A DNA stretch of 63,171 bases, filler included, from Octopus bimaculoides (GCF_001194135.2; 5 parts of 4 records of this genome joined end to end with filler, not necessarily neighbours in it), one strand, 5' to 3'; positions 37,531 to 49,800 are shown, numbered from the whole stretch's first letter. Notes: generated by a model not told the origin, from the letters alone. Program-made: numbers and translations.

Positions 37531-38967
37531 ATAAGTAGGAAGGTAGGCAAAACACAATCCCCTTCAGGTAGATGGCCTTGCTCGATCTGTAGAAAAGGTG
37601 TAGGTAGAAACTCTATAAGATGTACCCAGTACAAGCTATGTCCATAGAGGTGCAGAAATAAACACTGAAAATGTGCAGAAAACAACTTCTGTCACATTCC
37701 CGGGAGAAAAACTGGACGTAGTTGATACCTTCCGATATCTGGGTGACCAAGTTAGTAGTGAGAGAGGGTGCGCTGAAAGTGTAGCTGCTAGAATAAGAAT
37801 AGCATGGGCAAAGTTCAGAGAGCTCTTACCTCTGCTTAATAGGGCCTCTCGCTCAGAGTAAAAGGCAGACTGTATGATGCATGTGTACGAACAGCCATGC
37901 TACATGGCAATGAAACATGGGCCGTGACTGCTGAGGACATGCATAAGCTCGCAAGGAATGAAGCCAGTATGCTCCAATGGATGAGTAATGTCAGTGTGCA
38001 TACCTGACAGAGTGTAAGTATCTTGAGAGAAAAGTTGAACCTGAGAAGCATCAGTTGTGGTGTGCAAGTGAGACGACTGCACTGGTATGGTCATGTGGCG
38101 AGAATGGATGAGGATAGCTGTGTGAAAAAGTGCCACACCTTAGTGGTTGAGGGAACTCGTGGAAGAGGTAGGCCCAGGAAGACCTGGGATGAGGTGGTGA
38201 AGCATGACCTCCGAACATTAGGCCTCACCGAGGCAATGACTTCTGACCAAGACCTTTGGAAATATGCTGTGCATGAGAAGACCCGGCAAGCCAAGTAAGA
38301 CCAAAATCCAAGGCATCTGCCTGGGATGTAGCCAGCCCACTTACGCGTAAATTCTTTCTTTGGACACTAAATTCCGCTTGCGAAGACCTGTTGAGGCAAG
38401 TGAAATCGAAATCAAAATCAAACTAAATTTGTAGACTGGCACCCATGCCAATGTCTCTTCATTCAACACTAAACTTGGCTTGCGAAGACCTGTTGGGGCA
38501 AGCGAAAGCGAAATCGTGATGGCATCTGTACAAGTGGAGGACTAAGAGCACTGTCCGAGCGTGATCGTTGCTAGAGCACCAGCTGACTGGCTTCAGTGCC
38601 GGGGGCACGTAAATAGCGCCATTTGAGCGTGATCGTTACCAACATCGCCTTCCTGGCATGTGAAAAGACATTCGAGTGAGTTTGTTGCCAGTGCCACTGG
38701 ACTGGCTCCTGTGCAGGTGACACGTAAAATACACCATTTTGAGCGTGGCCGTTGCCAGTATCTCCTGACTGGCCTTCGTGCCGGTGGCACGTAAAAGCAC
38801 CCACTACACTCTCAGAGTGGTTGGCATTAGGAAGGGCATCCAGCTGTAGAAACTCTGCCAAATCAGATTGGAGCCTGGTGTAGCCATCTGGTTCACCAGT
38901 CCCTAGTCAAATCGTCCAACCCATGCTAGCATGGAAAGCAGATGTTAAATGATGATGATGATGATGA
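37531..38967 (+). pseudogene. RTE-clade LINE 3' half with structured 3'UTR and (GAT)n tail
   Basis: GRWPCSICRKGVGRNSIRCTQY, EKLDVVDTFRYLGDQVSS...AWAKFRELLPLL and RRLHWYGHVARMDEDSCVKKC...RGRPRKTWDEVVKHDL...EKTRQAK* (stop 38296-38298). The tail is ttaaatgatgatgatgatgatgat. Confidence 0.95.
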
Positions 38968-38989
38968 TATTTAGTCTTCACACTTCATA

Positions 38990-39485
38990 GTGTTTATATG
39001 TGGAAGATGTATGGGAGCCATAAAGACTACAGATACATGAGAAACTGATTTCCTCAAATATCCTGGTGGCTCTCTGGAACTTGTAGATAAATTTTGCTAC
39101 CTAGGTGACCTAATTAGTAGTGCAGTAGGTTGTACAGAAAGTGTAACTACTAGAATAAGAATAGGATGGAGAATGTTCAGAGAGCCTAAACGAAGGAGAT
39201 GACGGAGGATGGCGATATCTAGTGCATTGCTGTACTTGAGAAGACCTGCTCACCACAACAAAACTGAGATCCTAAACCAAGGCACCACATAAAAAATATT
39301 GGTGTGGGTGCCGGCATCATATAAAAATGTGGTGATGGTGCCACATAAAAAGTACCCAGTATACTCTGTAAAGTGGTTGGCATTAGGAAGGGCATGCCAC
39401 CATAAAAACCAAGCCAAAATAGACTATGGAACCTGGTGCACCAACACGGAAAATGAATGTTAAATATTGATGATGATTGATGATA
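38990..39485 (+). pseudogene. Third RTE copy with an internal deletion
   Basis: VFICGRC...LELVDKFCYLGDLISSAVGCTESVTTRIRIGWRMFRE is fused directly to ORF-end and 3'UTR sequence and a (GAT)n tail. Confidence 0.85.
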
Positions 39486-39782
39486 ATTTTCCAGTTCACA
39501 AAGCTCTAAACATTTAAGTGGGTACCACAGATGAACAACTAGATATGAAAAGATACATACCTTTGGGAGGAATGTCATACACATATTGATACAAGCAAGT
39601 AGAGTTCCAAATGTTGGTTGAGCATCTTGCTGAAGAGATGGAGCATTAAAACCAATGGTAAGAAATGGATCATATCGGCTGACATCCATACTCTAAGAAA
39701 TAAAGTTTAAAGGGTTCTTTTCAGAAAATGTCAAATGTAGTTATATGAGAAAGTAGTGTAATAAGTTGGAATAATGTATTAC

Positions 39783-39861
39783 CTGGTCCATGAGAATCTC
39801 GCAGAGGTCTGGAGTGAACTGACGCAAGCCTGATAAACAGATTCCAACAATGGTCATTATA
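39783..39861 (-). CDS. Probable internal coding exon, 79 nt (IMTIVGICLSGLRQFTPDLCEILMDQ or YNDHCWNLFIRLASVHSRPLRDSHGP)
   Basis: Strong acceptor ctctttttttcttccccAG, donor CAG|GTAATA, two open frames, and CpGs retained in a CpG-poor block. Protein not recognised. Confidence 0.6.
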
Positions 39862-40199
39862 CTGGGGAAGAAAAAAAGAGATCTTGTATAAAGAGATATA
39901 AATTTTGAACTTTTCACTCAGTAACTGGATTCTTACAAATTAAGAAACATTTCTTTATAGTTCTATGATAACTAAGCATGAGACAATTTACAATCCAATT
40001 TGCTGACAGAGTATTAATAATATGTTAATAAGGTAACATTTAATTATCTTCTCTTCCAATGAATAATTCATAATCTGAATTTTTGGTATGGAACTGACAG
40101 TGAATCAGACAATTTGAAGGAAGTGTATTTCAGTCCAGTAAGTAAATACTGTAACCTTTTAAAAATTCCTGTTTCTTTATCGGACTTGATTAAATGTAC

Positions 40200-40620
40200 T
40201 TTCTAGAGAATAACAATGGCTCAATTCACAAGTTTGCTATGCTCCTCATATTTAAATGAGCTTAGATGTGCAGAATATCTCTGTTTAAAATTAATAGTAG
40301 ACCCAATGTAATGGCTAGTAGAATTGTGTAAGATGTGGACAATGTGTATACCACATTAAACCTTCTGTAATGGGATGGCAGTAGGCATTCAGTCCTTTAT
40401 TCTCCTGTCTGTATTCTTCTATCTACTGTTCTACTATTCTTCTATCTACTATTTTATTCCTTATAAACTGTGAATTTCCCTGCCTAGATCTTTCATACAT
40501 ACTCACCTTGTCTCTGATGATGAAATACCAAGTGTATGGACATGCTAGCCTACCACTTAGGGTATCCCAGAAACAGCTGTAAGACTTCAAATTCACCTTA
40601 CCCTAATTAAATATTCTAAA
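40200..40620 (+). mobile_element. Penelope-like element 3' end (GIY-YIG C-terminal remnant plus terminal repeat)
   Basis: Decayed RE*QW...YAPH..NE resembles the 'RExxWIxKLxTxxPxGLNE' end of PLE endonucleases; it is followed by a hammerhead motif. Confidence 0.55.
40510..40585 (+). ncRNA. Type I hammerhead ribozyme (Penelope-type)
   Basis: gtct-CTGATGA(40514-20)-helix II (tgaaatacc-aagtg...cactt-ag-ggtatccca)-GAAAC(40570-74)-agct-GTA(40579-81)-agac. Helix I pairs gtct/agac and helix III has a palindromic loop. Confidence 0.75.
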
Positions 40621-40838
40621 TGACTTGAGATACCTATCCTGCCTTGGCTTTTGATGTCCTTTTTCCTTTAACATAACATACACCTGCTAACTCAGAAGCC
40701 TAATATGGATCCCTAGCTCCAGTGTCAGCTGTGAACTTGGAACCTAATGGATGACCAATTATAGTACTTACTCAGTGTACCTATTCGTTTAGACCATCAG
40801 TGAACTAAAACTCTCATACTCTTTATATATATATATAT

Positions 40839-40938
40839 NNNNNNNNNNNNNNNNNNNNNNNNNNNNNNNNNNNNNNNNNNNNTTAATTAATTAANNNNNN
40901 NNNNNNNNNNNNNNNNNNNNNNNNNNNNNNNNNNNNNN
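40839..40938. other. Artificial scaffold spacer 44N-TTAATTAATTAA-44N
   Basis: Same structure as at 13563. Confidence 0.95.
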
Positions 40939-41709
40939 AATCTATATTGACTAGACGCACGTTTCTTTAAGCGTATATATATATATATTTTTTTTTAAAA
41001 GTGGTTGGTAAGCAAGCTACTTACCACGCAACCACGCAAAAACGCAATAGAGGACATTAAAACATTCGGAGAGATAGACGATACAAAAACGGACAAGAGA
41101 ATCAACAATTAGGACAGGCAAAAAAAGACGGGTCAATCGTGGCCTTCTTCAGTCAATTACCAGAAGTCACTACCGTTTCGGGCAGTCACCCTATATATAT
41201 ATATATATATATATATACATACACGTGGGGAGGAGATACAGTTTGTGCGTTGTAATTAGAACCTATATGGTACTGGCCCTGACTGAGCAGTGCTATCAAA
41301 ACACGTCTTTAACTTGTGTAACTGGTCGGTTGACGGCTAGTGTCTTCCTCGTTAACTTCCATTTTGTTTCGTATCTCACCTTCTGCGTTCAAATTACATT
41401 GTCTCACGTGTATTGTCTGCTTTTTTCTTTTGTTTTTTGTTTGTTTTGTTTTTTGTTTTTTGTTTGTTTGTTGTTTTTTTTTTTGTTATTCCCGCTTAAC
41501 ATACAACAAAACAACAATTACTTTTCTCTCTGATTGCAAAACGGATTCCTTCTTCAGCATGATTGATTAAGTCACATATTAAATTCCAATCGATTAGTTT
41601 TGAACACTGTGATATCTTGTTACAAGAAGTCCTCATCTGCCTGGGGCTTCTGGGAAGAAGAATGGCGAAGATTTAGACATGTTTTCACTGTTTCTCTCTC
41701 TATCTCTAT

Positions 41710-41743
<34 letters not shown>

Positions 41744-42585
41744 ATCTCTCTCTCTCTCTATCTCTCTCTCTCTCTCCGTCCCTTTCTTTCTATCACTTCC
41801 TTTTTCTCTCTCTTCTCCTCTCTTTCCTTTCCCCAACTCCCTCATCCTCTCTTTCTCCTCGTCTTCCTTTTCTCTTTTTCTTCCGCTTCCACCTTTCCCT
41901 TTCTCCTCCTCCTTTCTCTTCCTCTTCCTTCCACTCTCTCTCTCCCTTCCTCCTCTCTATGTAAGTACAAGTACAGGTTGATAAAATACCGAAGTAATTC
42001 TCCCTCCAACTCAGTCGCGGGCCTGTATTTCGCTTATTTTTTTGCGTGTTTTACTACATAAACGTCACCAACTGCCTACCCTCAGTAATTACTGACAGCA
42101 CGTACTTCACACACACACACACACACACACACANNNNNNNNNNNNNNNNNNNNNNNNNNNNNNNNNNNNNNNNNNNNNNNNNNNNNNNNNNNNNNNNNNN
42201 NNNNNNNNNNNNNNNNNNNNNNNNNNNNNNNNNNNNNNNNNNNNNNNNNNNNNNNNNNNNNNNNNNNNNNNNNNNNNNNNNNNNNNNNNNNNNNNNNNNN
42301 NNNNNNNNNNNNNNNNNNNNNNNNNNNNNNNNNNNNNNNNNNNNNNNNNNNNNNNNNNNNNNNNNNNNNNNNNNNNNNNNNNNNNNNNNNNNNNNNNNNN
42401 NNNNNNNNNNNNNNNNNNNNNNNNNNNNNNNNNNNNNNNNNNNNNNNNNNNNNNNNNNNNNNNNNNNNNNNNNNNNNNNNNNNNNNNNNNNNNNNNNNNN
42501 NNNNNNNNNNNNNNNNNNNNNNNNNNNNNNNNNNNNNNNNNNNNNNNNNNNNNNNNNNNNNNNNNNNNNNNNNNNNNNNNNNNNN

Positions 42586-42890
42586 TATAGTAGAAGACAC
42601 TTGCCCAAGGTGCCACGCAGTGGGACTGAACCCGGAACCATGTGGTTCGTAAGCAAGCTACTTACCACACAGCCACTCCTACGCTATATATATTATGTAT
42701 CTTTCTATTTATCTATCAACGTATGTAAGCACAAGCTGTTTTTGTCTACGATAGTCACACGCAAGGCAATGGTCGGCCCGCAGCACCGCAGCAATAGTAA
42801 AAAACACTTGCTCAAGATGCAGTGCAGGCGTAGTGGTACTGAACCTGAAATTTCATGGCTTCAAGGCGAATTTCTAAATGACACATCCAT
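42586..42890 (-). mobile_element. SINE family A head (well preserved) plus a second decayed head
   Basis: tatagtagaagacacttgcccaaggtgccacgcagtgggactgaacccggaaccatgtggttcgtaagcaagctacttaccacacagccactcct. Confidence 0.9.
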
Positions 42891-43789
42891 GTTTTTTTTT
42901 TTTTATTATTATTTTACTTTATGTCTGTGAACCACTTTATCGCATCAAACATGTCACTCATAGGGGAAGTTGAACTGGATTTCAGAATAACTTAAGGAAA
43001 ATATAGTGAAGTGGTTTTCTCGTTGTCAACTGCGGGCGCATGAAAGACCTTGAACTTAGTACTCGTGAGTAAAACAATTCTCACACTGCTTTATTGGAGC
43101 TGTTGGTAGGTCACGTAGATGATAATAGTGTTGTTTTTAGTGTTGTTGTTTGTTTCGCCTTCAACGTAGCACATATTGAGCAGATATAATTCTCAAATGT
43201 TACAGTACTAACCATCCACTTATCAGTTATTTCAGGGATATTTGGCTGTTGTTTTCAGCAGATCGACTGATGCCATACAAACTTCTACATTGATTGTGTT
43301 GTTCTTTGTGGCTGTTGAAGATGATGAGGTAATGCTGTTGGTCGATGTTCTGCCTTATACATTCGACTTGTTCAATGGTACTGAGTATTGTAAAGTATGG
43401 CGGCGGATGACGAGATAAGTGGATAACCAGTTTGCTGACAGGGGACAAGAGGACAGTAGTTAATACGAAGTATTGGTCGCTATCAGGCTGTCATATATAC
43501 ATACATACATACAAATATATATATATATANNNNNNNNNNNNNNNNNNNNNNNNNNNNNNNNNNNNNNNNNNNNNNNNNNNNATATATATATATATACATA
43601 CATACACATATGCACAGGTGTATGTGCGCGTGTATGCATATCTATATATATACACATATCTACGTGTATATATATGTGTGTGTCTGTGTGTGTTTGATTT
43701 TTATATTTATCTTATGGGTTACTCTATACTTTTCTAGAGTTCAAATTTATCATTCTTGTACCTATAGTAGAAAGGATTATTATTATTAT

Positions 43790-43915
43790 TATTGACTTTG
43801 CCTTTCATCCTTTCGGGGTTGATAGAATATGTACAAGTTACGCACTGGGGTCGATGTAATCGACTAGTCCCCTTCTCCAAAAAATTTTCAAGGCCTTGAG
43901 CCTAGAGTAGAAATT
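43790..43915 (+). mobile_element. SINE family B, 3' part
   Basis: gactttgcctttcatcctttcggggttgatag...ctggggtcgatgtaatcgactagtcccc...gcctagagtagaa. Confidence 0.85.
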
Positions 43916-43984
43916 ATTATTATTATTATTATCATCATAATAATAATAATAATTATTATTATTATTATTATTATTATTCAGTGA

Positions 43985-44470
43985 AAGAACAATTCATGTC
44001 ATCACAGTGATACTGGGCTAAAATATACGAAGCCCAGTATACCCATCATGACTATCCGTCTAAGGGTACACCGGGCACATGCATCACAACCATATGTGCG
44101 CATGACCTTGCAGGTGGGGGCCCAGTTAGAATTTTTTTCAGGTCGAGTAGCCCATCCCGCTCAAAAGGTACCTAAATAAGGGTTACTAAGGATGTTGAAC
44201 GAAACACCGATGTTTCCAAAGGTGAATTATCCAAACCCCAAAGAACTCCTCTCAACATATGGCTATGATATTCCCACCACGATCATAGATGTAGATGCAC
44301 ATATCATCAGCCACCAAGGGACATGCTCAACTGGTTAAGGTCAAACAACTGACAAGCAAATTTGTGGTATTGAGCAGAATATTTGCCGTAGCCCATCTTT
44401 TATACCTAGACAAAACATGTACATTATAACGCTTCCAATCAGTTAAGATCAGAAGCCATGAAAGCCGGTG
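43985..44470. repeat. About 490-bp GC-richer segment between two (ATT)n arrays, probably an interspersed repeat
   Basis: Complex sequence embedded in trinucleotide arrays, with a 10-bp stem atactgggct/agcccagtat. A LINE 5'UTR origin is only my recollection. Confidence 0.4.
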
Positions 44471-44472
44471 CC

Positions 44473-44529
<57 letters not shown>

Positions 44530-44555
44530 CATCATCATTATCATTATCATCATCA

Positions 44556-44591
<36 letters not shown>

Positions 44592-44669
44592 CCTGTGTGT
44601 TTACTTCGGTTTCAAGTATTAAACTGCAAGCACAAAACGTGTAAAATTATGTTTCCATATCACTTGCTT

Positions 44670-44702
<33 letters not shown>

Positions 44703-45656
44703 GATACAATCAAAGCCTTTTACCTTTCTCTCTCTGGTCATATAATCTAATCTATTATCTTCCTCCTAATCTGATAATCTAAATACCCACTGAAACACTC
44801 TAAATCTTTGACATGCATTTTTTTTTTCTATCCCTATCATACACATTGTAAGCATGTGTCATTTCTCCGCTCAAGCTAGCTTACAAGCGACCTCACATTG
44901 CAGAAGCACAATAAGCATACACCCTTTCATTTTTTTCTTGGCGTCTCTTTCTCACTATCGATCTCTTACACGTATAAATACAGAAAATATGCATGTACAT
45001 ACTCATGCATCATTTATTACATACTTACACACACACACGCACATACACACATACACACACATGTGTACATATATGAGTTTATACTGCGCTATTCGAAAAA
45101 GCCCATGAAGTCTGTCTAGCAGCAAGACATAACAGCCACATATAACTGATATGACTTCTACTGTCGTAGGATAAAGACACATTGGACAATATAGTAATCT
45201 ATCTATCTGTCTATCTATTTGTCTATCTGTCTATTTGTCTATCTGTCTATTTGTCTATCTGTCTATTTGTCTATCTGTCTATCTCTCTGTCTGTCTATTT
45301 GTCTATCTATCTATCTGTCTATCTATTAGTCTGTCTATTTGTCTATCTATCTATCTATCTATCTATCTGTCTATTTGTCTATCTGTCTATCTCTCTTGTC
45401 TGTCTATCTATCTGTCTGTCTGTCTGTTTGTCGATCTATCCATTTCAAACTTATCTCTTACTTTATTTATCAAAATGTCTTTCCTTCTATTTTTCAATTC
45501 TTCAGAGTTGTTCCTCTCTCTCTCTTTCTCTCTCATTCCAAAACCAAAACGATGCAAAGCGCATTGTGACCAGCGATGTATAACAGCATCCGATAATCTG
45601 GTCGATCACGTGATCATGTGATCACATGATATATATGTATGTATATATATGCATAT

Positions 45657-45694
<38 letters not shown>

Positions 45695-46353
45695 ACATAG
45701 TCCACCTTAATATTTCCCTCACCTTCATCTTCTTGTTGTTTGCTTTCGTTTTTGTCTTCCTTATTCATCATTCTTTCCATTCTCCTGTCTCCCCTCCTCT
45801 CTCACTTTTGCCCATTCTTTCGTTTCTCTAATTCTTTTCTTTCTTTGCTTTCTCAATCTCCTACCGTTCTTTCTCAACATCTTTTTCTTATTTCTTTATG
45901 CGTATCTTTTCATCTAACTTTCTCCATTCCTCTATCTTTCACACACACATACACACTCTCTCTCTCTCTCACTCTCTATCTATCTATCTATCTATCTCTC
46001 TATCTATCTATTTACTTATCTCTTATTCTCACTCGATGAAGCTAGATATTTGTCGCATTATATTATTCCTCTAGCTTTCTACGTCATTTCTCGCCCTTCG
46101 TGCATGTCTGTTAGTCTGTGTTTATGTGTATGTATGTTTTGTATGTGTGCGTTTGTGAGATAAGAGAGGAAGAGGGAGAGGAAGGGGCAGCAAAGAGGGA
46201 GAAAGTTTCGACAGGATTTCAATGTCCTCTTGTGTTCTTTAAGCTGGTTCTTTGGCATTGAGAGTGATAAACTGAAAAGACTAATGCACTTGCTTAAGGA
46301 CTTTCCATATGTACGTGTGTATGTGTGAGTGTGTTGTGAATATGTACATATAG

Positions 46354-46453
<100 letters not shown>

Positions 46454-46688
46454 ATGTATATATATATATATGTATATATATGTATATTTATGTATGTATG
46501 TATATCTATATATGTATATGTATGAATGCATACATATATATGTACATGTATATATATATATATATGTGTGTGTATGTATGTATAAATATGCATATATGTA
46601 TATATATATTTATATGTATATATATATTTGTATGTATGTGTATGAATATGTAGGTATATATATGTATATATTTATATATATGTGCTTA

Positions 46689-46728
<40 letters not shown>

Positions 46729-47497
46729 CATGCATATAAATATATATACATATATACAAATTTAGATGTGTGTTTACATATTTTGTATGTATGTGTAAAT
46801 AATTGTGTATATATGTGTTTATATATGCATGTACTTAAATGTGTGTGTGTGTTTATTTGTGTGTATGTGCGCGCGCCTCTATCCATGTTTCGTATTTTAT
46901 CGAATTTCTTGTCTATTTTGATATTTTGCTGCGAAAGCTGTCTTTTAGACTGTCAATGATGGCTCCACATATTTTGGTTGTTCTTGTTTATATTTTTCCA
47001 TTTTACTTATTTTATTCAAGTTTTTCCTTTCTTTTTTCTTATATGTTGCAGTGTGCCTGTTACATTTTTACTATTCTTTAAACTTCACGACAGTCCACAT
47101 TCAGAATATATTATTTCCGGTGTCATAACTCCTAACTTCCTTTTTGCCTCTAACATTCAGATATCGTGATTTCTGTTATTTTATATCATTCTCGCTCTAA
47201 CCGTTAGTTTTCTTTCATTTTGTGTTTGTAATTTTTTTGTTTTTCTTTTTAGCTCTGTTAACATATATAATGTATAGAGTCTTGCGATAATATATACTCA
47301 CATGTAGGCGTGTATGCATCACGTGTGTTTGTGTGTTGGTGGGGTGCATGCATGTGTGTAAAACTTAATTCACCATGAACATCGCAAACTCGACTAAACT
47401 GACTAGCGACAAGAAGAATCTTCTCTATCGAAAATTTATATATAAAGTCTACTGTATTATGGAATACGTACTATCCTCATTTGTAAATTCACAGTCT

Positions 47498-47533
<36 letters not shown>

Positions 47534-48252
47534 CATATANNNNNNNNNNNNNNNNNNNNNNNNNNNNNNNNNNNNNNNNNNNNNNNNNNNNNNNNNNNNN
47601 NNNNNNNNNNNNNNNNNNNNNNNNNNNNNNNNNNNNNNNNNNNNNNNNNNNNNNNNNNNNNNNNNNNNNNNNNNNNNNNNNNNNNNNNNNNNNNNNNNNN
47701 NNNNNNNNNNNNNNNNNNNNNNNNNNNNNNNNNNNNNNNNNNNNNNNNNNNNNNNNNNNNNNNNNNNNNNNNNNNNNNNNNNNNNNNNNNNNNNNNNNNN
47801 NNNNNNNNNNNNNNNNNNNNNNNNNNNNNNNNNNNNNNNNNNNNNNNNNNNNNNNNNNNNNNNNNNNNNNNNNNNNNNNNNNNNNNNNNNNNNNNNNNNN
47901 NNNNNNNNNNNNNNNNNNNNNNNNNNNNNNNNNNNNNNNNNNNNNNNNNNNNNNNNNNNNNNNNNNNNNNNNNNNNNNNNNNNNNNNNNNNNNNNNNNNN
48001 NNNNNNNNNNNNNNNNNNNNNNNNNNNNNNNNNNNNNNNNNNNNNNNNNNNNNNNNNNNNNNNNNNNNNNNNNNNNNNNNNNNNNNNNNNNNNNNNNNNN
48101 NNNNNNNNNNNNNNNNNNNNNNNNNNNNNNNNNNNNNNNNNNNNNNNNNNNNNNNNNNNNNNNNNNNNNNNNNNNNNNNNNNNNNNNNNNNNNNNNNNNN
48201 NNNNNNNNNNNNNNNNNNNNNNNNNNNNNNNNNNNNNNNNNNNNNNNNNNNN

Positions 48253-48324
<72 letters not shown>

Positions 48325-48331
48325 TCTTTTA

Positions 48332-48764
48332 TTCTTTTACTTGTTTCAGTCATTTCACTACGGTCATGCTGGAGCACCGCCTTTAGTCGATAGAATCGAC
48401 CCCAGGACTTATTCTTTGTAAGCCTAGTACTTATTCTCTCGTTCTCTTTTGCCGAAGCGCTATGTTACNNNNNNNNNNTTCTCTCGTTCTCTTTTGCCGA
48501 AGAGCTATGTTACGGGGACATAAACACACCAGCATCGGATGTCAAGCAATGTTGGTGGGGAGACGAACACAGACACACAAACATATACACATACATCATA
48601 TATATATATATATAAGACGGGCTTCTTTCAGTTTCCGTCTACCAAATCCATTAACACGGCTTTGGTCAGCCCTAGGCTATAGTAGAAGATACTTGCCCAA
48701 GGTACCACGCAGTGGGACTGAATCTGGAACCATTTGATTGCTAAGCAAGCTACTTACCACACAG
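48332..48764 (-). mobile_element. SINE family A, near full-length (with a 35-bp duplication across a 10-N gap)
   Basis: Collinear with the copy at 11679-12236. Confidence 0.9.
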
Positions 48765-48765
48765 A

Positions 48766-48912
48766 CTGTCACAATGCTTGCCCTTTGAAATAGAGGCAAA
48801 TTTCATTTATGCCATGAATGGATTGAAGTAACGTGAAATAAAGAGTCTTACTTAAGGACAGAACGCTGCACGATCGTGAATCGAATACTGCACCCACTAA
48901 CTCACGCACCTT
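48766..48912 (-). mobile_element. SINE family C fragment, decayed
   Basis: Minus strand aaggtgcgtgagttagtggg...ttcgattcacgatcgtgc...gtccttaagtaagactcttta. Confidence 0.7.
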
Positions 48913-48984
48913 TACATACATATAAACACGCATACACACACACACACACACACATACACACATACATACTTAAACATATTTACA

Positions 48985-49275
48985 CAGTAGACGGAAACTG
49001 AATGATTCCCGTCGTTTATATATAAATGCGTGTGTTTGTGTTTGTGTGTGTGTGTATGTATGTGTGTGTTTGTGTGTATCTGTGTTTGTCCTCACAACAT
49101 CGCTTGACAACCAGTGTTGTTGTGTTTACGTCCCCGTAACTTTGCTTTCCGGCAAAACAGACCGATGGAATAAGTACTAGGCTTACAAAGAATAAGTCCT
49201 GGGGTCGGTTTGTTCGACTAAAGTCGGTGCTCCAGCATGGCCGCAGTCAAATGACTGAAACAAATAAAAGAATAA
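48985..49275 (+). mobile_element. SINE family A, 3' two-thirds, opposite orientation to its neighbours
   Basis: gtagacggaaactgaa...cgtcg...gtttacgtccccgtaac...aagtactaggcttacaaagaataagtcctggggtcg...aatgactgaaacaaataaaag. Confidence 0.9.
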
Positions 49276-49606
49276 ATGAATAAAAGACATATTAGTTACA
49301 TACATTAAGTGATTTCAATAGGCGACTAAAAATTTTCGTTAAGGTTTCGGTCATGCCGACCGTTTATCCCCATTGTCTACCCATTTTTCACATACGTACA
49401 GAATACTGATTTGGCACAAGACCAAGCTTGAAGCGGGTTAATAATCGATTAAGTAAAGCAGAATTATTGGTTAATATTCTTATCCATTTTGAAAAGATGA
49501 ACGGTAAAGTTAACCTCGACAAGATAAGCAGTAAGCGCAAATTAGTTACAAATGAATACTGCGCGACATTTTTCTATCTGCCCCACTAATACCTATGGAA
49601 GCTTAC

Positions 49607-49800
49607 CTTTTACTTGTTTCTGTCATTAGAATATGGCCGTGCTGGAGCACCACCTTGAAGAATTTTTAGTCGAATAAATCGACCCCAATACTTATTTTGG
49701 GTTAAGCCTGTTACTTATTCTGTCGAGTCTTTTGTCGAAACGCTAATTCACGAGGACATGAATACACCAGCAACAGTTGTCAAGCCGTGGTGGAGACTAA
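49607..49800 (-). mobile_element. SINE family A, 3' half
   Basis: cttttacttgtttctgtcattagaatatggccgtgctggagcacc... Confidence 0.85.

Noticed and set aside
40075-40147. Plus-strand NFWYGTDSESDNLKEVYFSP ending at GTAAGT
   Set aside because: No convincing acceptor, and it is on the opposite strand to the neighbouring strong exon.
44290-44330. Minus-strand CTGATGA in the 44-kb repeat as a ribozyme
   Set aside because: No downstream GAAA or helix II could be formed.
48434-48513. 35-bp direct repeat flanking a 10-N gap
   Set aside because: Unmerged contig overlap with one allelic mismatch; an assembly artefact.
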